Source: Microthyrium microscopicum
Lineage: Eukaryota
Direction: 5' to 3'
Assembly (NCBI GenBank): GCA_010405405.1
Contig: MU004234.1
Coordinates: 726,993 to 762,642, forward strand
DNA length: 35,650 nucleotides
Position numbers and translations under genes: made by a program. The notes under the pieces are model-generated. The model saw only the letters and a list, made by a program, of their open reading frames with translations. It was not told the DNA's origin and ran no database searches. Position 1 is the first letter of the stretch. Each line of letters starts with the position of its first letter. Positions 19,508 to 30,900 of the stretch are shown here, piece after piece.

Positions 19508-21794
19508 TCACTCAATCGGACTAATATCCTCCCTCAACTCCCGCCACCACTCATTATTATTCTGCGCCTGTCCATGGCCACCTACAACACTCATCAAGCT
19601 ACTATAATTACTCGTCGCACTCATAGCAGAAACCCGTCTCCCCGCCCCATCCACACTACGACTATGTCGATTCAACCCCGGCCTACTCATCCGATGTCCA
19701 CCAGTCCCCTGCTCCACCACAACCGCAGCCGGCGGCGAGCGCACACCACTCACACTTTCCCGCTTCGCACTCGTTGACCGTCTCCGTCCGCGCCCCACAC
19801 TACCCGGTCTAAACAGCGGTGGATTCGGCAGCGTCGTCGGATACGTCGCCATTTGCGGCGCCACGGGATACGTATGCGGCGGACTAGGCACCAGTGTCGC
19901 CGGACTACCTCTCGACGCCCTCGCATCATCAACCAGGTAAAACGACTGCGGAGCCTCACTGTATGCCAATGACAACGTGCTGCCAGCATATGCGTTTGCG
20001 GCAGGTATAAGTGGTGTGACGAGATGATATTGGCCAGTCGCTGGATCCATGGCAATGCTGTTCCGGCCATCGGGGAATGTGCTGATAAGGCTGAGGGATG
20101 GGCCACGCGGCATACCCATTTCACGCGGTATCGGTGGTACCGGGTAGTCAGTGTCGATTTCTGGTGGACCAGTGTAGGTTGTGTCCATGGAGGTGCGGCC
20201 GCTGGCGATATTGAGAGATTCGTGGGAGTTTTTCTGGGATATGGATGTTCGGCGACCACTTAGGGGAGATGGGCCGATGGGCACACGTTTGAGAGAGTTG
20301 CTGCTGCGCTCTTCCGAGACGGGAGACATTGGTTGGGCTGGAGTGTGGGAGAAGCGGTGTTGGCGGACTGGTGGCTGGGGCGCGTATTCGTGGCGCGAGG
20401 TGTAACCCTTAAGGGCGGCTTCTTCGTCGCTGGCAGTGGACCATGATTTGGTATGGGAGCGGGCTGCGTGGGTGGCGAGTTGGGTCGGTGTTACGAAGGT
20501 GCTTTCTGGACTGCCTCCGCCTCTTTTGCTGTTTTGGGAACTGCTTGTGGAGTCGAAGGTGCCGTGTGGCCCGATGTAGAAGTGTCTGTCCATGCGGAGG
20601 AAGAAGAGCAGATAGACGACGAGAAGCTCAGGGACGAGGGAGACGAGATAGAAGACGGGTTTAGTGAAATACCACTCTAGTGGTTGACTGCCTGGCACTG
20701 GTGTTGGCCATGTTGTACCACAAATCCAAGCGGCACGGAAAGTGAGAAGGGCCGCTACGACTATGATAATCAAGATACGCCTGCGGGCAGTGCTGGAACC
20801 GAGAGATGATGTTGCCGGTGGCCGATGAGCAGTGACATGACTGAGGAGCAAAAATGGAATCGGTAGGAAGGCGATGATGGCGAAGAATGTGGTGCCGTAC
20901 AACTGGATGCTGCGGTCTATGTGCCGTACTTTGATATCAGATGTGTAAGCGGATTGTATGGCGGCAATGATTAAGAAGCATAGAGTGACAAGAATCGACA
21001 GAAGAAAGAAACGGCCGGCGATCCTGAACAGAAGTGACTCTCCGACATGAGGGTGCTGAGATCGAATATGTCGGTACAAACATGAGCCATTGACGATATA
21101 CAGAATAACAGTCCCAGCTGCAACAAAGACTCCGGCTGCAAGAGCAAGGGAAGCGTCGGTTTGGTGAGATCCCCAAGCCATCCGAAGAGAAAGAGTGATC
21201 AGGCGTATGAAGCAGAAAACTATACGTCGTCAGCGTGTGTATGAGAGTAGCAGTAGACTTTGTGATAAGATTACCTGCTACAGCCACAGAGAAGGGAAAG
21301 AATCGGCCTCTATTCTTGTTGTGTCTAAATTGATACACATGGGCGAGAAATCCAAGGAAGAATAGGAATATTCCGAGTCCGCTGGCTGCCAAATCTGAAC
21401 TAGGACTTGGAATTCCACCCAAGGCTTGAGCTTGTACAGACGGGCCCCCATTGTGTGCTGCTACAGGCAAATCTGTTGCAAAAGTTGGTATCGCTGCTGT
21501 GGCGTTTGTGAACTATCAAACGGTTAATAGCTTTCTGCTACTTCGTGTAATTATACTTACAAAGGATGAAGTTGTAGATGGTGAAGGAGTAAAAACTACC
21601 GGCGAAACGGTTGTTATTGCCACAAATGTATTTGATGAAGTTGTGGAGGAAGATGTGCTACTGGTAACACTTGAAGAAATTAAAGAAGTTAGAGAAGTCA
21701 ACGAGGAGGTCTTGGTTGCAATAGAAGAAATTGTTGAGGACAAAGTAGTTGTCGTGCTCGACAATGCTTTTGTTGTAGTTGATGTTGTCGACAT
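19508..21794 (-). CDS. Multi-pass membrane protein, DUF3112 / RTA1-like (fungal GPCR-like), with Ser/Thr-rich N-terminus and long disordered C-tail; about 727 aa
   Basis: Introns 21560-21513 and 21274-21220 join three ORFs in frame. LGGIPS..DL, FCFIRLITLSLRMAW, AAGVFVAAGTVILYIVN and WYFTKPVFY..PELLVV..RMDRHFYI are motifs I recognise from the DUF3112 family. Confidence 0.82.
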
Positions 21795-24409
21795 TTTGAT
21801 TATTTGTCCAAAGTTCGGATTACAAAAAGCATTAAATTAGAAAAGAACAGGCCCTGCCTTGACAAGAAATGAAAAGAATAGAATAATAGCAAGTTGAAAG
21901 AATAGGCTTAACTGAGAAGATGAATTCTCACCGTGGTAGATCACTCATTACGAAGAATCCTCTAATTCAAGCCCGGCTTGAGGACGCTTCTAGTACAAGT
22001 ACTCTGCTATACAGTGATACTCTGCTAAAATCGGGGGTTATAGGGCAGTTCATGTGTCGTGAGAAGTTTTACATAGTGCATCTGGGGCACTCTAGAGTAT
22101 CTGGAAACATTGAACAGACAGCATATCAACGATTAGTATCAACCCAAAAGTTGATCAGGGCAGTGATGTTTCGCAAACTGCCTACCCACAGCCGTGTTGT
22201 TCTATGCTGTTTAACACAACATATGTTCACCACATACGGATCTCCACTTGGCGTAATCAAAGTCGTATTTTGGTAACTATTATTGAGTTATTGCGTATAG
22301 TGGTTGTTGTGGGACAGCATATCCAACAAGAATTGGTTTTATGCTTAACACGTAATATGATGATGGCCTTGTGGCCAGTACCATGACTATGTGACTGTAC
22401 ATGTACAGAGGTAAGGTAGGTTGGAAACTGCATGGGTATTGAATCTTGATTGAATCTCTATTGAAACGCCACAGACGTTGATTCAAAACAGCGTCCACAT
22501 CTTCAAAGGGAAGCTCACATGGCAACAGGGGTAGGGAAAAACAATATCAACTGTTGGGGGCTTCAAAGGAAGCAGTCTTTTCGCATAAAGGACTATACTT
22601 ACCTCCTGTTCTTCGTCATCCTCGTTGGAGTTTTCACATCCGACATTGCAAATCTTCGTTAAAACGTCGAACGAAAGTTGTGTAAGACATCTCGCTCCCG
22701 TGCCGATTATTAGGAGGCTGGAATACATATTGTGCATAATCAGCTTGCCAGTTTTTGATGGGCTGGCAGTGGCATTTTGATGAATTATCCACCTGTAACA
22801 TTATTCAGAGAACCAGAGCCGCAAACGGCGTAATTTGCCAGCAAAGATCGACCAGTCCCACCGCCTAGCCAACCTCGTGGTGGAATCGGAGGATTTTTGC
22901 AGCGCTACAACTCACCGATTCTTCCAGGCTTGGGAAACTCGTGGGGTTATTTGCAGCACTCCATAACAGATACATGAAAAATACGAGTGGATACTGGATA
23001 GGTAAGAAATAAGGTCTGCTTTCTAAACTTTCCTGAGCGAGTTTAATTGTCAGCTGAAACCAATTATCTGACTCGTGCCCTCGAGCTGAACCATCGAATC
23101 CAGGTCGAATTCAATCTCTCGACATCTGACAAAGTGATCGAGTCGTTGACTTGTTACAGATTCCTGCTAGAGACGTGATCATCCCACAGAGTATGAAACC
23201 GAATCTTCAGTCCCCCGCTTGTCTTCCCATCTCCCCGAACTATTGCTGCTTGAAGATGCTTGGCTCCTTAGCCGCGTAGCTAGCCTCACCACCCGATCTC
23301 TGCATGGTTATGCAGTAGTCTCGATTCTTCATCCTTGAACCCATCATGGACGCGCTCTCCGCCCCACCTTGATGCTACAGAAATCAATATCTTTGGTTGT
23401 TATCGTTACTGCTGGTCAGCGTTCTGCACCATCGGGCATTGAGGGGGCCGTATGCAGCGTTACCCTTCGTATTAGTACAATGTCGTACTCTTACTTAACT
23501 TTCGGTATCTTCCACCACTATCGTTCACCTTGAGGAGTAATGTAGATCCGTATACAACAAGGACCTTGTGCAAAGTATTATCACCAGCACATCTGGGAGG
23601 CATTGTGTGCGGATATTGCCTGATTATGAGAGATTACGAAACCAAATAGCTATTGATTTTTCCCTCAAGTCAGTACAATGATAACGAGGAGTTCGAGGTA
23701 ATCATCCGCTGTGAATAATTACTGGTGAGAACTGAGAAGACATATCAAGAGCTTCGACGCAATCCTTGGGTGTTTATGGCTTGACTTGGGCTGGTCCAGA
23801 AAGTCGGAAACACTTTCTTAAGAACGACCGATTGTGGATCGTGGCGTCCAAGTTCCTGCCGCCGGCTTCTAGCCTAACCACGTTTACAGCTCGCCAGGCT
23901 TGTGTGGGAATAATGATAACCGAAAGTTGGAACTTTTTGGCTGAACAATCTCGCTACCGCTATCAAACAGGTCTGTTATCCAAGATTGTGGCTGCCCTGT
24001 TTCAATTGACGTGATCATTACCTATATTATCTACAATTTCCCCGCGGCATTCCAGACCTTCTTTCCTCCTTGACTTTGTTCCATCAGTGGTTCAATTACT
24101 CACCACTGTCAGACAAGGGTGACGACGGTTCTCCGCCAGCTTCCCGGCACAGTTACAAGGCCCTTGATACGAATTATCAGGGACCATATCACCTCAGCAC
24201 AATACAAAAGTCTAATCCTGGCCTTTATCGTCAAATACTTGTTTACTACATTGTCGGACTCTCGGCTTTTCTTTTTGGCCAAGAGATAACTAGTGACAAT
24301 CATCTCACTAGCGCAAAGTATGAAATCTTGATTGATTATCGTATGTCTCCAATTTGAAAGAAATTTGTATACTTCAACATCTAACCAGGCGATGGCAGAT
24401 TGGTGAATA

Positions 24410-25098
24410 ATGGGGTTGTTTCGATCACGAAAGGCGCCAGCTTCGGACCCACCCGAGCCTTCTTCACCCTTATCATGGACGACTCGATTAAATCCTTTCA
24501 GTCGTTCAAGCTCTCGAGCTTCATCTCACAGATACATCGAACATGAAGACCAAGTTCAAACCACTCTTCGTCGGTCCAACACAACCTCTACTCAATCCTA
24601 TCTTTCTCCAAAACCTTCCAACGCGAGCTCTAGACCACCAACGAGTATGGGACTTATGACCCCAAGCCCTACCTCCTCTATTCCGCCAATTCCTCGAAGC
24701 GCTACCTATCCGCATCGATCACACAGCATTAGGCGAGACTCGTCCAGGATACCACCATCACTTCCCCGCAACACAAGACTTGTTGTTCCACAATCCCGCT
24801 CCCCACTGGAGGTACAAGAGGATGACCTGGTTCTCACCGCAACTGTACGTCCGTACAACATGATCACAATGACGTATCTAATACTTAATAGTCCCTATAC
24901 CCCACCGGCATCGCTGCTGAACTATACGTCCCCGAGGACTTGACCTACAAAACCGTCATGGAACGCGAAAAGGAAATTCGTAAAGCAGAGCGAAGAAACT
25001 CCCTAAAGATGGGGCCCAGCAACTTGATACGCCAAAAATCACTTGTACAAAGCCAACAGGATAAGATGCGAATCAAAAGAATGAGCATTAATTTCTAA
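24410..25098 (+). CDS. Hypothetical Ser/Pro/Arg-rich protein, 213 aa
   Basis: ATG 24410; phase-0 intron 24845-24891 (GTACGT..CTAAT..TAG); open exon 2 to TAA 25098. Confidence 0.7.
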
Positions 25099-25527
25099 AG
25101 CGGGATTACTTTATGGCATTTCACGGCATTTTCATTTCTTTTTGTACGTACCTTTTTTGGGTCTTCAAGCGGTAGGAGTTTGGACAAAATACCCGGTTTT
25201 CTTTGGTGGCAATACCAAACTTTGTGGATTTCTAGCGCCTACATTCAGCTCAAATTGACAAATTTAGCAAGCTTTGCCTTTTGCTTCTCCATACAAAACT
25301 CGTTGTTTGGCCATTGAACATAGAGCAGCTAGTGCAAAACGTGGTACCGATGCAGGAACGATTGAGATGGCTCCTTCCTCATCATACTCACCTCCATGAA
25401 CCTTATTTCAACTCCCCTGAACATTTCCGCGAGCTTCCTTCTTCTTACCACGGAGTTTTAGGACGGTGCTATTTCTTCTATTTATACAATATCTAGCTCG
25501 GAGTTTCGGTGATTATATGCCAACGAC

Positions 25528-27110
25528 ATGACTGAGCGATACACAGGCTGGGACCAGAGCAGCGTACACCAGGGTCCAGCTAGCTCACCAGACCCAGGAC
25601 CCGTACAGTGAGTGATCCTCGAGTATGAATGCAACCTGCTCAGCGGCTGATCAAGATTCTTTGCAGGCAAACTGTTGCGGGATGGTCTCCAATCAATGCA
25701 CCACAGCAGACGGTGACTCTACCTCAGGAACCACTTGCCTGGCCACTTATGTCGGCTGCAATGTCCTCATCCAAGAAGAGATCTCGGGCAAAGAAAGGAG
25801 AGAATATTGCACCGCCAAAAGAGCTGAAGACACCAAAAGCGCCACGAGCGAGGAAGGCAAAGACCGAAGCTCCACGCAAGCGCAATACCGGTGGTACATT
25901 GAGCCGAGCCAAACGGATCAAGCTTATTCGAGAAGACAGTCTGCCAACTGATCTGGAAAACATGTCTAAAAGGGATGGCGAGAACCGGCTCGGTAACTCC
26001 CTCGATGAAGTGACCATGTCAGTCGATGAGCCAAAGAGATCACAGCGACCCGCTCAGCACTCTAGAATGGCTTCCGCACCCTCAATTGGAACGATCCTAG
26101 AGCCAATCTCAGAACTGGACGAAGACAATGCTGATCCTAGAGATCAAGCCGCACTCATGGCCTTTTCCCGCGACGACGAATTTGACCCAGATCAGTACTT
26201 AGCAGCAGCCCACAACGATGCAAGTACTGCGTGGGATGAATTTGACCAAGGATTTGATGCAGATGATGAGTATGGTACAATTGATGACGACGATCTCATG
26301 ATTATCGACGAGCAGCTGCAGAGATTCGGCTCTTCGTCTACATGCGTCTCTAGTGACCCCTTTCCGGAGAATGAAGCAAGCTCCTCACCAACTCTGAACC
26401 AAGGAACTGAATGGGTGGAAAACGTCCAAGAAATCGAGTCAATGTTGGACTCTTTGGAAGTTGAGACTTTTGGTGCAAACGACATTCCAGAGGAAGATGG
26501 TTACGATGACATTGAGATACCTCGGAAACATCATACCCCTAACGATGACTTGGCAGTCGGCAAACTCTCCGATCCAGTTGCTGGCATATTCAGCTCCAAA
26601 AGCAAGGGTATTGGCAAAACATTCAAATCTCCTGTCATCAAAAAGCCGTTTGTGAGACCAACTCCACCTCAGGCGATCCGTGACCGATCTCCAATCATTG
26701 GCCTGTCAGCCTCAACTCTTCTCCGTACGTGCTTTCGCGTTGGCGAAGCCATCAACATTGGCACTACCGCCATTAAGAACAACAAAGACATTGTTATTGA
26801 GCTCTATGCTAGAGTTATCTCATCTTATCGCGAACCCGAAGGCATCAAACAGCATTTCGTATTCTGCGATCTGTTTTACGAACGTCCGCCTCACCTGAAT
26901 GGCGTCTATGAATTGTGGAAGGGTAGTGATCTGTGGACCTATGAGAGTGGAGTATTTCTGGGGGATTGTGATCAGCCCAGGTTTTGTCGTGTTGCTGGAC
27001 GAATGAAGAAAGATGACAAGAAAGTATTCTTTCACATGCTGAATATCTGGGAGGCATCATGGGATGATGTGGAGTATGTCAAAGGAGTGGTTGAAGCTGC
27101 TGGTCGTTAA
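25528..27110 (+). CDS. Conserved fungal hypothetical protein: basic and acidic disordered N-terminus plus a globular C-terminal domain; about 507 aa
   Basis: Long ORF; exon 1 25528-25607 and intron 25608-25666 are in frame. C-terminal domain RDRSPIIGLS..LLRTCFRVGEA..ELYARV..QHFVFCDLF..PP..CRVAGRMKK..NIWEASWDDV. Confidence 0.82.
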
Positions 27111-27516
27111 ATGTTCTGCAAGTTCTCCGTCAGCTGGTTTTGCAAGGAGTGCATTTGTTATGATGTCCTTAGGTACTAAAAAGCGTCAATTAATTGTCAT
27201 CTTTCCTGGTCCTGTAATCAGCGTGCAATCAGGCTGGAAAAAAGGCTGAACACGATCCGAAACAAAGTGCAGCTTCCGACTATAGATAAGATTAGATGCA
27301 TACAACTTCCAAATCCCGAAACCAGTTCAAACGACAAAGGCAACCTCACCATTAATCCAAACACCTTCAAAGCCGCTGCCAGCCTCTGCCAATCGCCTCA
27401 CATCTGTAAACCTTCAGGGTCGAATCCTCTAGAACTTCCAGACCTGTCACGTCCCAAATTAGCGCCAAAGAGTTATCACCGCCCGCTCCAACCCCTTACT
27501 CCTCAACACCATCACA

Positions 27517-27978
27517 ATGTCCTCGGAAGCCTACGAACGAGAAAGGCAAGCCTACACCACACGAAACCACTAGAAGCCCAAGCGCTAACAGCCAATAGGC
27601 AAAATAACGCCCAACTCGATGCCCTCGCCAGCAAAGCCTCCGCGCTACGGGGCATAACAGTAGACATATACGACAATGCGCGAAACCACGATTTAATAGA
27701 CGCCAACGTAAGTACACATCACACCAAGTACACATTACAATATACACCGCCTGCCTACTCTCCCACTCCCGATCACATACCACGATATGGAATGGTAGAT
27801 GCTGATGTGCAGTTAGAACGAACAATTTACCAGCTTTGGCGCAGGTCTTGGACAAAGTGCAACACGGCTTACGCGCATGGCGGCTTCGGGAAATAAGATT
27901 GCGATCTTCAAGTTGGCGGGCATATTGGTTGTGTCTATTGTTATATTATATTGGATCAAGAAGCTGGTCTTTGGATGA
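27517..27978 (+). CDS. SFT1: Golgi Qc-SNARE, Sft1/Bet1-like, 99 aa
   Basis: MSSEAYERERQNNAQLDALASKASALRGITVDIYDNARNHDLID...RLTRMAASGNKIAIFKLAG plus a C-terminal TM. Introns 27546-27598 (GC-AG) and 27708-27816. Confidence 0.88.
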
Positions 27979-28392
27979 GCTGGTAATGGGCCAAAGGATC
28001 GGTGGGATCGTGTACTTGTATTGGGGCGACTGATATGGCGAATGTTGCATAGTATGGCGTTGTTTCCTCGTTTTATGAATGGTTTATGTATTATGTACAG
28101 CTTGATGGACGACATAGCGGGTGCATTGCTTAGCGGGGCGGGTTCTGTCTATTGCGCAATGTACAGGTTCGCAATGTATATATTATATTGTACGTTGCAG
28201 CTAAGAACGAGTCCAGCGCAGTAACAGGACATAAGAGAGATTCATATCTTTGGTGTAGAGAAGCTAAGTTTTACAATATTTCGAGACCAGCAATTTAAAG
28301 TATTACATTCGCCACTAACCCCGGCTGCTAATAGACTTGCTATGATTTCGTACAGCTTGCTATTAAACCGTGCGACGAAACATGGTTTGAAG

Positions 28393-30897
28393 TTAAACAA
28401 TCGTGACTACGACCTCCTTCGTGCTCTCAGGCCCCGATTTCTTATCCCGACGCCAGAACTTCCATTTCCTTGGCCGCTCAGTAATGTCGAACTGGTGGTC
28501 TTCCTGAGCAATAGCTGTTGCAGTTGAGCGCTGAGCTATATCGATCGTAGGAGGTCTTGTACTACGTGAAGACCTTGCGCTCGTGGAATCGTCAGGACAA
28601 TCACTGTCGTTCCAAAGTCTCTCTGGTTCCTTGGTGGTCGAATCCGTAGTACATTTTAAACCGCTAGGTTGAAGTCTTTTGTAAAGTTGAGTTGACCGAA
28701 AGTACTTGGTAACGAATCTCGTTACCCGAACACGCATAATAAATTCCAAAGCCGCCCAAACAGCCATGCCTGTGACTATCAGGGACACAAACTCTGCTGT
28801 TACTACAGACCATTAGCTATTCCCTCTTCTGAAAGAAGTTTGATTCACTTACCCATCCATTTGCCAATATATTTGACCGTATACTTCGGGGTTCCATCGT
28901 CAGAACCTGGCGGCGACTCGTTGTGTGGGAAGATATCCACCGACAGGGAGAACAGCGCTGCAAGGAACGATAAGGGAGTAAAGATGATAGTAATAACAGT
29001 GAGACCGAACACAGCCGCGCTCATAGCGGAAGCTGTACGGCTCTCTCTCAGACTGGCATGTTTCTGCTTGAGATCCAGTTTGACGAGAATGGACCTTTCC
29101 ACTCTTTCAGCGTCTTTGTCTAATTTGGCCATTCGTCGTTTTATCTTTGGGAACTGCATCTGTGGTTTCTCCAATAGAGTCATTATCTCTGGTACAGAGA
29201 GTTTCGTATCCAAAGGCTTTTGAAACTGTCCATCTTGCCCATTGGGCCAGAAATGGGGTAGCGATTTGTACATGATTTCTCTCCAGATCTCTTCTTGTTG
29301 AAGAACCACGCTCTGAATCATGGAAAGCTCATCACGCACGTCAGCAATTTCATGCAGGAAATTTCCTTCTGTTTCGAGACTGATTGAGTCCAATTCCCTG
29401 AGATATCGATTGACCCTCTCCGAGACGTTAGAAATTGACGTCTCAAATACATTGAGGATCGGTTCAGAGAGACCGCCCATTGTCGGGCGATGGAACAGGT
29501 CTAAAAACCGTGACATAACCAGTCCGGCCAAGAGTTCCGGAGAGTCTGTAGTTGCAGAACCATCAGAGCCCGAGCGGCTTCTATGTGGCAATCCATAAAT
29601 GTAATCGAAACACATACTTTCTGAGCTAGTGCCACCTTCAGTCCAAACAAGGTTTTGTAAATCCTCCGATGATGCAGTCATGTATATTTCACCGATCTTC
29701 CATATCCACAACTGAGGGATAGTTATCAGCCGAATCTGATTCAGGTCTTGGTTTTTAACACCGCCTTGGTATCGGACTAGCACTTGATCATTGTTGCGAC
29801 GATTTAAAGTACACTGGTCAAGACCTGGGTTACAATACTCATCTAAACTAAGGGGCAGATATTCCTGGTCTTGGTCGAAAGCACTGACACAATACTTTCT
29901 GTTTTTGGATACCAAGTTGCGCTTTCGGCGAGCTCTGAAACTGGCAATTGACTCTGTGTGAACTAATGGTATCTGGATGAGTCAGGAGGATTCTGCAAAC
30001 AATGAAGAATGGGGGGCTGGGCTTACTACTGCTGTCCAACATTCGTAGGATTGATCAATTATGTTCACAGTTATGTTTCCAATACTCAGCGACGCTTCTC
30101 TAAATACCAGAGAGCGACTGGAAGCCCACTCTTTGTTGAACCCTTCAGCGAGATACGTGAGGGCTGCATGTAACAAGCATATATATCTGAAGCAGTTGCT
30201 GCCATTGGGGTGTTTTCCAAGCTCGTTGCATCTGAAGATGTGTCGGAACAATGCCTACTCTAGCATCTCAGCAGTTGATTTCGAGCATTAGGTAGGCATA
30301 TCTCAATAGGTTTGCACATACCCGTATCCAGAATAACTGTTCTGCGAATTAGTCAGGCTCAAAGATATTAACTTGCGAATTTAGATATTATGCTACTCCT
30401 TGAACAAAAACAAAACTTACATCATTGCCATTGACATGGTACCACTTGCACTCGCGCTCCTGAAGCTTGTCCTTGCGCTGTAACTCTTTCAATGTAGAAA
30501 TACGACTGCGTGCGTAAAATGTCCGACCTTGACCATTCTTTTCTAGATTTTCGGCTTCGACAAACGCGAAAGCACCCTGTGTCGCATATTTTCGAAACCT
30601 CAAGGCGAGATCCCACGGGGTATAGTCGTGCAATTGAGGCCGAGTCTGGTCCCAACGGTCCTTGCCGAAGGTCGGGTCGATGCTCTCACCAACATCGCCT
30701 GATTCAGCAGCCACTCGTAGGCATGGATTGGCACCTTTTGTCAGTAGCATCTCGACCACTTCACAGTGGCCGAATCTAGCAGCTAAGCAAAGCAAAGTGT
30801 AGCCCTCGGCGTCCTTATCTTCGATATCAATCAGATTTCTGGAAAGAAGATACTCCACAATCCGAAAATAGCCAAACCTAGCAGCGGTATAGGCCAT
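28393..30897 (-). CDS. Ankyrin-repeat + CorA-like two-TM-domain protein, probably 5'-truncated by a transposon; about 749 aa remain
   Basis: Ankyrin repeats (AYTAARFG, GYTLLCLAARFGHCEVVEMLLTKGAN). Introns 30420-30337, 30321-30255, 30026-29973 and 28852-28803 give one continuous frame. CorA-like motifs SLDEYC..RNNDQV, IPQLWIW, EIADVRDELSMI and FGLTVITIIFTPLSFLAALF. Confidence 0.82.
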
Positions 30898-30900
30898 ACT

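Noticed and set aside
21900..24360. Short ORFs in the 2.5-kb divergent intergenic region
   Set aside because: No motifs or coherent exon chain; a small gene cannot be excluded without RNA data.
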